Shown here piece after piece: positions 50,182-59,930 of a stretch of DNA of 64,000 nucleotides. Numbering within the stretch: position 1 is the first letter of the stretch; each line of letters opens with the position of its first letter. The notes beneath the pieces are model-generated. The model was not told the DNA's origin, did no database searches, and saw only the letters and a program-made list of their open reading frames with translations. Source of the DNA: Bythopirellula sp. (GTDB lineage Bacteria; Planctomycetota; Planctomycetia; Pirellulales; Lacipirellulaceae); assembly GCA_965216565.1 (NCBI GenBank), contig OZ244170.1, forward strand, positions 1,024,001-1,088,000. The letters are read 5' to 3'. The translations under genes were made by a program, and so were the position numbers.

Positions 50182-51765
50182 ATGCATTTTTCTCCAAACG
50201 AAATAGTGGCTGTTTTACTAGCCTCAATCTCGGTATTTCAATCGGGGGTTTTAACCAGAGCTGCAGAGGCTGAGCACCAAGCTTCGCCAAAGCAGCCCAA
50301 CATCCTTCTCATATTCACCGACGATCACGCCTATCAGGCCATCAGTGCCTATGGCTCGCGCATCAACCAGACACCCAACATCGATCGCCTTGCCGAGCAG
50401 GGAATGCGATTCGACCGCTGCTATGTGACAAATTCCATCTGTGGACCCTGTCGGGCAACAATTCTCACAGGGAAGTACAGCCATCAGAATGGCTTCTACG
50501 TGAATGGAAACATGAAATTCGATGGCTCCCAGCAAACATTTCCAAAACTGTTGCAACAAGCCGGCTACGAGACTGCCATCATCGGAAAATGGCACTTGGG
50601 TTCCGACCCCACAGGCTTTGACCATTGGGACGTCTTGATTGGACAAGGGCCATACTACAATCCTCCCATGATCCGCAACGGTGAGAAGCTCGAGCGTACC
50701 GGCTACACGACGAAGATTATTACCGACCTGACCATGGATTGGCTTGCAAAAGGTCGCGACAGCGAGAAACCCTTCCTACTCATGTACCAACATAAGGCCC
50801 CCCATCGACCTTGGGATCCCGGGCCAGAGCAAATGCACCTATACGACAAGGTCGACATCCCCGAGCCACCCACATTGTTCGAAGACTATTCAATCCGTGG
50901 CCTTGCTGCCCGTCAACAGGATATGACGATCGCCGAGACGATGAGCGATCGCGACCTAAAACTAACGCCACCGGGAAACCTTACTCCCAAGCAACAAGCC
51001 GAATGGGACGCCACCTACGGCCCCAAAAATCAAGCCTTTCGCGAGGCAAATCTCACTGGCGATGATCTGACCCGCTGGCGGTACCAGCGTTACGTGAAAG
51101 ACTACCTACGTTGTGTTGCTGCGGTCGACGATCAGATTGGCCGTGTGCTTGATTACCTGGATGAATCGGGGCTCGCCGAGAACACGATGGTTATTTACTG
51201 TTCCGACCAAGGATTCTATCTGGGAGAGCATGGCTGGTTCGACAAGCGCTGGATGTACGAAGAGTCGCTGCGCACACCTTGCCTCGTTCGTTGGCCGGGA
51301 GTCATCGAGCCGGGGACCTACAACGAGGATATCGTCTCGCCACTCGATTTCGCTTCGACCTTCCTGGAAGCAGCTGGTGCCAAGGTGCCAGATGACCTGC
51401 ATGGTCGATCCCTCACTCCCCTGATGCGAGGGGTGACTCCCGAGGGTTGGCGCACCAGTTTTTATTATCACTATTACGAGTATCCCGGCTGGCACTATGT
51501 ACGCCGCCATTACGGAGTGACGGACGGACGGTTCAAGCTGATGCATTTCTACGAGGACGATGTCGACGAGTGGGAGCTCTACGACCTGCATAACGACAGG
51601 GCCGAATTGAACAATGTGATTGACGTTGGGGCCTACAAGAATACGCGCCATCGGTTGAGCAAAGAATTGCAACGCCTAAGGGAAGAATTGCAGGTCCCCG
51701 AGCAGGATCCCGAATCCACCAGAATCAAGCATTTACCTCCCCGCGTCCGCCGACCGCAACCGTAA
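50182..51765 (+). CDS. Sulfatase, N-acetylglucosamine-6-sulfatase-like
   Basis: [23 protein letters not shown] and [22 protein letters not shown]. Confidence 0.92.
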   Translation: MHFSPNEIVAVLLASISVFQSGVLTRAAEAEHQASPKQPNILLIFTDDHAYQAISAYGSRINQTPNIDRLAEQGMRFDRCYVTNSICGPCRATILTGKYSHQNGFYVNGNMKFDGSQQTFPKLLQQAGYETAIIGKWHLGSDPTGFDHWDVLIGQGPYYNPPMIRNGEKLERTGYTTKIITDLTMDWLAKGRDSEKPFLLMYQHKAPHRPWDPGPEQMHLYDKVDIPEPPTLFEDYSIRGLAARQQDMTIAETMSDRDLKLTPPGNLTPKQQAEWDATYGPKNQAFREANLTGDDLTRWRYQRYVKDYLRCVAAVDDQIGRVLDYLDESGLAENTMVIYCSDQGFYLGEHGWFDKRWMYEESLRTPCLVRWPGVIEPGTYNEDIVSPLDFASTFLEAAGAKVPDDLHGRSLTPLMRGVTPEGWRTSFYYHYYEYPGWHYVRRHYGVTDGRFKLMHFYEDDVDEWELYDLHNDRAELNNVIDVGAYKNTRHRLSKELQRLREELQVPEQDPESTRIKHLPPRVRRPQP

Positions 51766-51856
51766 ACCTCGTTCTTGCCAGTGCAGAATTTCTGGTTGCA
51801 CTCGGAATAGAATGCTGCTGAAACAGTTGTTCGTTCCTAGATAAGAAGGCTGATCC

Positions 51857-53290
51857 GTGACATATACAAGTTCTAAGTGGGGTTTGGCCGCATTGCTAGT
51901 GAACCTCAGTTTCTTAATAGCTCCTTCCTCAGGGGAACAACCCAACCTACTCGTGATCCTTGCCGATGACTGCACCTATCGCGACATCGGTTGCTATGGC
52001 GGTCAAGCCGCTACTCCCAACATCGACCAGTTGGCCGATGAGGGGATGAAGTTTGAGCGATGTTTTCAAGCGGCGCCCATGTGCTCGCCCACTAGACACA
52101 ATCTCTATACAGGTCTGTATCCTGTAAAAAGTGGAGCGTATCCAAATCACACCATGGTCTACCCCGATGTGAAGACCGTTGCCCACTATCTCAAGCCACT
52201 TGGGTATCGGGTCGTACAAACAGGAAAGTTGCATGTGAATCCAAGGGAGAATTTCCCTTGGGAACGCATCGGCAAAGGCTGGAGTGATCCCACCAGGCAA
52301 GAGCTAGAACAGTTTTTTGTCCAGGAGGCCAACAGCACGCAACCATTTTGCTTGTTCGTCTGCTTCAATAGCCCCCATGGCCCCTGGAACAAGGGCGACG
52401 CTTCGGCGTATCCGCCCGCAGGGATTCGTCTTCCTCCCTATATAGTTGATACGCCTGAGGTACGCGAGAACTTCGCTCGGTATCTTGCCGAAGTCACTTA
52501 CTTCGATCATCAGGTGGGAGATATTCTTGAATCGCTTGATCGCAATGGCCTCGACGAGTCTACCGTCGTTGTGGTTCTTTCTGAACAAGGCAATTCGTTT
52601 CCGTTTGCCAAGTGGACGTGCTACGACCATGGTTTGCAGTCGGCCATGATCGTGCGCTGGCCCGAGCAAGTAGAATCTGGAACCCGATCGGACGCGATGG
52701 TCGAATACGTCGACATTACCCCTACCTTGATCGACTTAGCTGGGGGGGAACCCATCGTAGGACTAGACGGTAAGAGTTTCGCACCGGTGCTACGTCAAGA
52801 AAGCGATCACCATAAAGACCACGTCTTTGGGATCATGACCACACGCGGTATCAACAATGGATCTGAGGCTTATGCGATTCGCTCGATACGGAGTGAACGC
52901 TACAAGCTAATCTTGAATCTTAACCACGAGTCGAAGTTCAAGAGCGTTACTATGCAAGCCGATTTCTATCGATCGATGATCCAAAAAGCGAATTCCGGTG
53001 ATCAGAATGCAAAACGACTTGTGGATGCCTACGCGCGTAGACCTCCTATCGAGTTTTACGATATGCAATCGGATCAACTGGAATCTGAGAACCTGGCCAA
53101 CGTCCCAGCCCACGCTCAGAGGATTGCTGACCTTAAGGCGCAGTTGGAAGCCTGGATGGCCAGTCAAGGCGATCTAGGTTTGCCAATTGAGAGATCCGCC
53201 GAGTTGCGTCAGCCAAAGCACACGCCTAAGAATCGGCGGTATAGCAAATCCGAAATCGAGCAATGGATCACCCGTAGTAGAGACAACTAG
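51857..53290 (+). CDS. Sulfatase, N-sulfoglucosamine sulfohydrolase-like
   Basis: MCSPTR, GKLHVNP and SEQGNSFPFAKWTCY. Confidence 0.9.
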   Translation: MTYTSSKWGLAALLVNLSFLIAPSSGEQPNLLVILADDCTYRDIGCYGGQAATPNIDQLADEGMKFERCFQAAPMCSPTRHNLYTGLYPVKSGAYPNHTMVYPDVKTVAHYLKPLGYRVVQTGKLHVNPRENFPWERIGKGWSDPTRQELEQFFVQEANSTQPFCLFVCFNSPHGPWNKGDASAYPPAGIRLPPYIVDTPEVRENFARYLAEVTYFDHQVGDILESLDRNGLDESTVVVVLSEQGNSFPFAKWTCYDHGLQSAMIVRWPEQVESGTRSDAMVEYVDITPTLIDLAGGEPIVGLDGKSFAPVLRQESDHHKDHVFGIMTTRGINNGSEAYAIRSIRSERYKLILNLNHESKFKSVTMQADFYRSMIQKANSGDQNAKRLVDAYARRPPIEFYDMQSDQLESENLANVPAHAQRIADLKAQLEAWMASQGDLGLPIERSAELRQPKHTPKNRRYSKSEIEQWITRSRDN

Positions 53291-53550
53291 CGCAGAGTTT
53301 GCACCAGTCTTTAAGTGATGCACAGTTCATTGAGACGCAAGCTCAAAGTCGATTCTGTTATGACCGCCTTCTACTTCTCGGGTAAGCTCCGATTTATTGT
53401 TGTACCTGGCTGGGACTGTCTTGTTGACTGTGCTTGTCTATTCCACGTAATACTTCAGCTTGACTTTGTGGCCACCGACGACCGCACCCATCACACCCCG
53501 GCAGTACTTTAGATCGTATTCGCCTTTTTCGTTTGCAATACTCCTCGACG

Positions 53551-53687
53551 CTCGAAACCTTCAACGGCAAGCTACGAGATGAACTCTTCAACGGCGAACT
53601 GTTCTTGAGCATGGAAGAGGCCCGCTCCGCCATCGACCGTTGGCGGCAAGACTACAACCACCACAGACCCCATAGTTCGTTAGATAC
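53551..53687 (+). mobile_element. IS3-family transposase fragment (integrase-core end)
   Basis: ETFNGKLRDELFNGELF...WRQDYNHHRPHSSLD. Confidence 0.85.
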
Positions 53688-53741
53688 TGACCTTCCCCCG
53701 AATTTAGTACCAGCCTAAGTGAGAGAATCGGGGGAAGGTCA
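53688..53741. mobile_element. 54-bp miniature element made of IS3-type ends
   Basis: Perfect 14-bp terminal inverted repeats TGACCTTCCCCCGA / TCGGGGGAAGGTCA; interior gtaccagcctaagtgag is the reverse complement of 16577-16593. Confidence 0.75.
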
Positions 53742-54131
53742 AAAATAGGGATCACTTAGATACCGTTCGAGCGACTCCCACTCCTCTGCTGCACAACCGG
53801 GCAACGTGTGTCCATAGAAGACTTTGGAGTTCACGATTCCCCCGAGGACAAGTTTGCACTTATTGCGCTACGCCATAATTCCCCAGATCATACTCTGCCC
53901 ACACCTTCAGCAGCCAGTAGTGAATCTACTTGATACATAAACTCAGGCTGCCAAGAGACCCACAATGTTGTCGCAGGAGCAGTACCGCAGTAATAACGTC
54001 TGACTGACGCGGCGACAAATTCAAGGAGCACCTGATGGAGAGACCTTAGCGCCTAGTCTGAGGAATTGTGTCCACAGAGACTTACCCACGAGAGCTGCTA
54101 GGGATCGCTGAGCTAGCTGTATTAGTAAGAC

Positions 54132-54171
54132 TGAAAACGGCATCAAGGTTTTAGCCACGCTCTCGGATGAG
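54132..54171 (+). repeat. Inner direct repeat, copy 2
   Basis: tgaaaacggcatcaaggttttagccacgctctcggatgag. Confidence 0.75.
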
Positions 54172-54198
54172 AGTGTTTCATGGCTGACATACCTCCAT

Positions 54199-54228
54199 AA
54201 AAACCCCGTGTGGCATCGCCAACACGGG
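54199..54228 (-). terminator. Rho-independent terminator after the serine recombinase
   Basis: Minus strand cccgtgttggcgatgccacacgggg followed by ttttt. Confidence 0.7.
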
Positions 54229-54261
54229 TAAGTAAAGAAAATATATAGAGTACTGCTACAA

Positions 54262-55952
54262 TCAAGTCTTGCGGCTAGGCCACTCCCCTGGAAAACCTAC
54301 CAACGGTTCAAACTGGTACTGCTTGTGTTTGTGGCGCCGCAAGCGACTCCGCCCTGCTGGCACTTCCTTGACGGGAACATACCCGTCAGTCAGGCCTGCT
54401 TTGATCATGCGGCGGTGTAGTTTCTTGGCCCGTTGGACCACCGGCTGGGTAACACCAACCTGCGTGGCGATTTCACGCTCTTTTAGGTAATTCTCGCCTT
54501 GCGATAGCTCCCAGATCAGCTGGCGATATCGTTCCGGTTGCGGTGGATCGAAGAGATCTACGACGAACTCAGCCGAATAGTTTGATCGGACCGGCTTGCA
54601 ATCGGCGAGCTTCTCTCGCAATACGGCGCTTCCACCGCTCTGAGCGAGAGCTTCGGTAAGATTATCTAGCTGACGCTTGGCATCAGTAATCTCCCCACCT
54701 AACTGCCGGTGCCGTTGGTTGCGAGTCGATAGAACCTGCTCAGTTTGGCTCTCGACAGCAGCCGCCAACGCTGCGTCGTAGCCAGGCAACTGACCGATCG
54801 CTGCTGCAATCGCCCCCACCAATTTCTCACCAGCAATGTTGAGATTCAAGCTGACAGAGTTCCAGCATCGGTAGCTAGCCGCACCGCTACACACTAGCGT
54901 ACGTCGATCTTTTTTGCCCTGACAAGTCATGATCCGGCCGCAGACGCCACAGCAGACCTGCTGGGCCGGCCACTGGGTCCGCTTTTTGGGAACGCCTTTG
55001 CGTGGATCAGAAATCCCTTCTTTAGCGCGACGATGGTTTTCATTGCGCACTTTGAGCAGCTCGTTCACTTCGTCAAACAGATCAGGCTCTAGGAATGCCA
55101 AATGCGGGCACTCACGAGTCCGGAGCATTTCAGGCGGTGCTGCCACGGCTCGATACTTGCCCGACTTGTTGACGCGCCTGCTCATCTTGCGATTGCGCTC
55201 GCGGAGACCCTTTAGGAGTGGATTCCGTGTGACCCGGCCTACCATCGTGCCATCCCATTTAGAACCCCTGCATAGTGGACCGACGGGCACTCCCTGCTCA
55301 TTAAGCCAGTCGGCGACTTCCGCAAAGGAAGCACCTCCCTTGAGTTTGTCGAACCACTCGCGATAGATCGGCTCGGCCCCAGGGTCCTTACTCATCGCAT
55401 CGTCAGTCTTACTACCAGGTTCTTTACGGTACCCGTAGATGAGGTGCTGGCACATGCCGCCCTGATCGAACAGGTTTTGGTGGCTCCGCTGGATACGCTT
55501 TGAAGTATCAGCGTTGTACAGCTCATGACGCATAAAACTAAATCCTGCCGACATTTGCCAATTGGCTCTTCCGGTATCGACGTCTCCATGGACGGCAATC
55601 ACTCGAGTATCATGGTCCCGGCTAGCTCACAGAAACTTTGGGCATGGTAACGCCGGGAGATACGGCTGAGATCTTCACAGAGGACGAGATCGATGTCGCC
55701 GTTTTCGACTGCCAGTTCGGCTTCGTGCAATTCCTGCCGCTCAACGTCCTCTCCGCTGCCCGTGCCGGCGATCACCTGCACTTCGACAGGACCCGACCAA
55801 ATCTGCTGTAGATAGGCTCGCAAGCGAGCTTCTTGGTCAGCGTTCGAATCTTCTCGTTGTTTACCCTCGCCAGGACTACTGACGCGGCAAATCATTAGTA
55901 CGTTGAGAATGTTGCCATTCTTCGGCGAAAGAGGGGGATCGATAAAAGACAT
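54262..55952 (-). pseudogene. Large serine recombinase, frameshifted near 55617
   Basis: CRVSS catalytic motif, EDLSRISR, recombinase domain and zinc ribbon CGVCG; one-base shift joins FCELA to DHDTRVIAV; RBS aaggag before 55952. Confidence 0.88.
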
Positions 55953-55987
55953 ACTGCATCTCCTTTTGCGGAGATGCCGAGCCAAAA

Positions 55988-56014
55988 CCTGATTGGCACA
56001 GTGTGCCAATCAGG
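55988..56014. repeat. Perfect palindrome with 13-bp arms (candidate recombinase or regulator site)
   Basis: cctgattggcaca-g-tgtgccaatcagg. Confidence 0.7.
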
Positions 56015-56132
56015 GTGATAGTTCCTGAGACCTCGTGATAACTGTTGAATACAGCTGATACACCGCAACTTATTACAGTTAAATGACTTTGCAACGCAAA
56101 GTGCCATCTTGCAATGCGTTACGATGAGCCGC

Positions 56133-56155
56133 GCCGCGATCCCGCGGATCGCCGG
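56133..56155 (+). repeat. Right boundary repeat (candidate attR core)
   Basis: gccgcgatcccgcggatcgccgg. Confidence 0.7.
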
Positions 56156-56222
56156 GGCGACATCGAGAAGACCCCATCTCCTAACCCCTTTCCCGAAGAC
56201 GGGGAGGGAGACATGGTATTCT

Positions 56223-57050
56223 TCACACCAACGACGCCAACACTTCCTCCACCACATAGGGTTTGCCAAATACAGCAGAGGCTCCAGCGGCGTGAGCCTG
56301 ATCAACATGCTCCTGGCGAGGAAAGTCGAGCAACAGGGTCACTTTACCCTCGACCTGCGTGCAGAATACATTCAACTCTTCGAGTTGCCTCGCGTCGAGT
56401 TGGGCTCCGTCGAAGATCCCCGCTCTAGCCCGGGCACTTTCGGTGCGGTTCGCCCAAATCGGCAACGCACCGGCGAGTTGTAAACTCTCGGCTAAGGTCT
56501 CAAACACAGAATAGTCCTCGGCGTGGATCGCCACCGTTTGAGTGAGCTCCGTCGATACTGAGTCAGAACAAAAACGCCCCGCCTGCAAGTGATCGAGAGG
56601 TAATGACCAACTAGGAAATTTTCCAGCGGAGAGACGATCCTGCGCAGCGTGCCACCAGCTAGCCAATTCGTACCAATAGAGACGCAACACACCGGTCGGT
56701 GGTGAGTCTGTCCTCAGCCCACCCTCGCACCAGGACCCGACCACTACCAAGATGCGTGCTAGCGGGGCTAACTGCTGTAGCTGGTCGACATCGTTTTGTC
56801 GTACTAGCCCCGGCAAGGGTTGCGCGATGAGTATCAGCTCCGGTGCTACGTCAGATTGCGCCAGGGCACGGCATGCCTCGGGCACGGACTCAACGTGTGG
56901 AAAGTCGTGCCACGGTTCAATCGATCTGACGGCCAACTGGAACTCGCTCTGACGCCATGGGCCGACGATCAGAGCGTCAATCAATCGATCGTCGATTTCT
57001 AGAGAAGAATCGGTGGTGGTCGCCAGCTTGGTCATAGAAATAAGGGTCAA
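56223..57050 (-). CDS. Hypothetical protein with degenerate receiver-like domains
   Basis: 275-aa ORF ending AHAAGASAVFGKPY, resembling a receiver C-terminus. Confidence 0.6.
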   Translation of the reverse strand: MTLISMTKLATTTDSSLEIDDRLIDALIVGPWRQSEFQLAVRSIEPWHDFPHVESVPEACRALAQSDVAPELILIAQPLPGLVRQNDVDQLQQLAPLARILVVVGSWCEGGLRTDSPPTGVLRLYWYELASWWHAAQDRLSAGKFPSWSLPLDHLQAGRFCSDSVSTELTQTVAIHAEDYSVFETLAESLQLAGALPIWANRTESARARAGIFDGAQLDARQLEELNVFCTQVEGKVTLLLDFPRQEHVDQAHAAGASAVFGKPYVVEEVLASLV

Positions 57051-57124
57051 TTCTTAAAGCGGTGGTGCTATCAGTTGGAATGTGTCCGGGCGTTCAGAAT
57101 GGATTTCTCACACGCGAAGCGTAG

Positions 57125-57184
57125 TGTCATTCCGAGGTCCGCCGAGGAACCTGGCTAGATCCCTCGGCGGACCTCGGGATGACA
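57125..57184. repeat. Long REP-like palindrome (family C)
   Basis: tgtcattccgaggtccgccgagg ... cctcggcggacctcgggatgaca. Confidence 0.8.
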
Positions 57185-57293
57185 GTTCCTGCCGTAGCTG
57201 AACTACTGGCCCGAATACCGGGGCGCCTATCAAACTCCAAATAGAATTGTCGCTTAACGAAGCCAAAACTGTCTAGACAAATCCTAGATTAAG

Positions 57294-57372
57294 TGAGCCG
57301 CACGCGCTAGCGTCGGGTAGCACGTGAGCAAGCCCAGAGATCGTGACACCCGAGGCTAGCGGCTACGGTTCA
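57294..57372. repeat. REP-like inverted repeat pair (family A)
   Basis: Homologous to 2509-2587. Confidence 0.8.
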
Positions 57373-57658
57373 ATGTTTTGGCTGCTATAGGTTCTGACTG
57401 CATAGGTCGAAGTTGCTATTGAATAATCTCAAACATTGAGTGCCAGCATTCACCTCAAGAATCTCTCGACAATTCGCCTTGACAGTATTTGGCCCAACCC
57501 GCACAATCCGCGTCGCTCAAGAGGAACCTACCCAGAGGCTCCTTAGAAACCGAGCAGAAGTGCCAAGCGGATAAGGATATCCGTGGCAGAATGATCGGGA
57601 CGACCTTCACCCCCAAGGGAAACGGTTGGCTCGAAAACCCCGGGCAAGGAGGCCTGGT

Positions 57659-59134
57659 ATGTCATTCTCAACAGACACTCAGCGCGCAGGCGTTGAGCTC
57701 GACGAACTTTTCAATGAAGCCACGCGAACCGGCGCCGGCGGTATATTCGCCACGTCCTGCGTGAGCGATTGGCGACAAGTCCAGCCGGGCGATGTATACG
57801 TTGCCCTTCCCGAAGGCTGTGGACTTGACGATGCCGAAGACGGACATCAGCACGCGGTGCGTGCGGTTTCCTGCGGTGCGATTGCCGTCGTATGCGAGCA
57901 ACCAGTCGCTGTGTTCGATGTGCCCACCTATCTGGTTTCCGATAGCCGAATTGCACTTGGTCAACTTTGTCAGGCACTCGTCGAATACCCCACAAAGACA
58001 CTACCAACTATCGGTGTGACAGGAACTCACGGCAAATCGACCATCATTGCTTTGGTCGATGCCATTTTCTCTGCGGCCGGTCACGAGTGCGGAGTGCTGA
58101 GTAGCCTCACCGGTTACGATGGCATGTCGCATTGCCCCGGGATCAGTGATATTCCCTCGGCCCCCACTTGGGCTTCTCGTTTGGCCAACATGGCATCTGC
58201 CCCTTGCAGTCATGCCGTGGTCGAACTTTCGAGTCGCTCGCTTAGCCAACACACGGTTGCCGGCATCGAGCTCGATGCTGTTTGCGTTAGCAACGTCACC
58301 GCAGCTCATCTCGATCGACACAACTCCGTCCAAAGCTACCGAGAGATTAAAAAGAGGGTCCTCGATCTCCTCTCGCCAACCGGCGTTGCGATTTTGAATG
58401 CGGACGATTCCGTTTGCATGCAATGGATCTATCAGGTGCCAGGTCCCGTCTTGACCTACGGACTGGGCGATCAAGCGGAGGTTCGCGGCCGAATCCTCGA
58501 AACCTTCTCGAATGAACAAACTTTCATGCTCTCTGCAGGCAGCGAATCGGTTGCCGTTTGCACTTCGATCGTTGGCGAGCACCACGTCTCCAATTGTCTG
58601 GCAGCGGCGACGGTGGCACTCAGCTATGGCATAGATCTGCAGACGATTGCTAAGGGATTGGAAGCCGTTACAGAGCTACCGGGGCGTATGCAACGCGTCG
58701 ATTGTGGCCAGGGCTTTCCCGTCTACGTTGATGCAGCCGAGTCTCCCGAGGCGCTTAGCACCGCGTTGCGAACTGCTCGCAAGGTCACCAATGATCGTGT
58801 GATCTGTGTGTTTGGCGATTGCCGCAATGATTCGGCCAGTCAGCAATACACGATGAACCAAATAGTGCAGCGGATGGCTGATCTGGTGATCGCCACCAAT
58901 CCACTCGAAGAATCAATCGGCGAAGACGGAGCCATCGTCGAAGTGGCTCCCGATCGGAGTGCCGCGATTGCTTGGGCCGTAGCCATGGCGGAACCAGGCG
59001 ATGTCGTGGTAATCGTCGGATCGCAAACGAGCCCCAGCCGCACTTTCGGCCAGGCGAATACTCCTGGCGACGTTGAAATTACCCGCGAATTGTTACACCA
59101 GCGAAACCGCCAGACGTTTGGCGTGGTTGCTTAA
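57659..59134 (+). CDS. Divergent MurE-like Mur ligase
   Basis: IGVTGTHGKST, ELSS, HLDRH, LNADD and PGRMQRV retained; C-terminal motifs degenerate. Confidence 0.85.
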   Translation: MSFSTDTQRAGVELDELFNEATRTGAGGIFATSCVSDWRQVQPGDVYVALPEGCGLDDAEDGHQHAVRAVSCGAIAVVCEQPVAVFDVPTYLVSDSRIALGQLCQALVEYPTKTLPTIGVTGTHGKSTIIALVDAIFSAAGHECGVLSSLTGYDGMSHCPGISDIPSAPTWASRLANMASAPCSHAVVELSSRSLSQHTVAGIELDAVCVSNVTAAHLDRHNSVQSYREIKKRVLDLLSPTGVAILNADDSVCMQWIYQVPGPVLTYGLGDQAEVRGRILETFSNEQTFMLSAGSESVAVCTSIVGEHHVSNCLAAATVALSYGIDLQTIAKGLEAVTELPGRMQRVDCGQGFPVYVDAAESPEALSTALRTARKVTNDRVICVFGDCRNDSASQQYTMNQIVQRMADLVIATNPLEESIGEDGAIVEVAPDRSAAIAWAVAMAEPGDVVVIVGSQTSPSRTFGQANTPGDVEITRELLHQRNRQTFGVVA

Positions 59135-59136
59135 TT

Positions 59137-59664
59137 GTGAATGAGGTCAAGATGGACTGGTCCGATACCGTGTTGTTCGAACCCAAGCTCTACGTAGGCG
59201 AAAACACTTCGCAAGATGAGGTTCGAGAGTTTCATGTGCGGGGTGTGACTCTGCTGCAGGGAAACTTAGGAACTTACGACGATACCGACTTCGCAATCAA
59301 CACCATGCGAGGGCATCACGCCAGTGGACGTCGAATAGTGCTGTGCAATACATCGGGAATTGTTGAAGACTACAGTAGCGTCGAGCGTCAGCTCGGGCAC
59401 GCCCTCGTCCAGGAGGGAGCCGCTGAGTTGCTGATTAGCTGTGGTAAGAATGGTCGCGAAGTTGCCATCGGGGCTCGCGACCAAGGTTTACATTTAGCCA
59501 ACGTGATTGTGTGCTCCGATATGCCTTCGGGTTGCGAAGTACTGACCAATCAGTTGCAAATGGGAGATACTGTTTTACTGCTAGGCGTCGACGATGCGGT
59601 CCGCGCTCGGTTGGTACTCTCGTTGGAAAAGCGCCTGGCGATTCAAGCCCGGGCAGCTGCCTAA
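59137..59664 (+). CDS. Short protein resembling the MurF C-terminal domain
   Basis: Follows the murE-like gene; GRRIVLC...LG...LLISCG...GDTVLLLG pattern. Confidence 0.55.
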   Translation: MNEVKMDWSDTVLFEPKLYVGENTSQDEVREFHVRGVTLLQGNLGTYDDTDFAINTMRGHHASGRRIVLCNTSGIVEDYSSVERQLGHALVQEGAAELLISCGKNGREVAIGARDQGLHLANVIVCSDMPSGCEVLTNQLQMGDTVLLLGVDDAVRARLVLSLEKRLAIQARAAA

Positions 59665-59930
59665 AGCATGTTTCAATTGATGGACCATTAACAATAAAGA
59701 GAAAGCTTTGTCGTAGGTCGTGTTGGATTGCGGGGTCTGACTGACCGCCCTCCCTGGGGTAGGAGCACAATAGCTCGTCAGGGGCAGTTTCTGGGTCAAC
59801 TGCTCGGACGAGTGCTTCACGATGAAGCTTATGTCTGGGCGCCGAGGCGGCGTTTACCGTCGCCTCGGCTGCTCAGCGGATACAACGCAACCAACCGAGT
59901 TGCAACACATTCCCGACGAGAACGATCCCG

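Larger units (their letters stand above)
15109..56155. mobile_element. Decayed ~41 kb integrative genomic island
   Basis: 23-bp direct repeat at both ends, recombinase pseudogenes just inside each end, IS3 scars, accessory cargo that looks more AT-rich than the flanks by eye. Confidence 0.8.

Noticed and set aside
55994..56009. TGGCAC as a ninth sigma54 promoter
   Set aside because: No GC at the -12 position on either strand; better explained as a palindromic binding site
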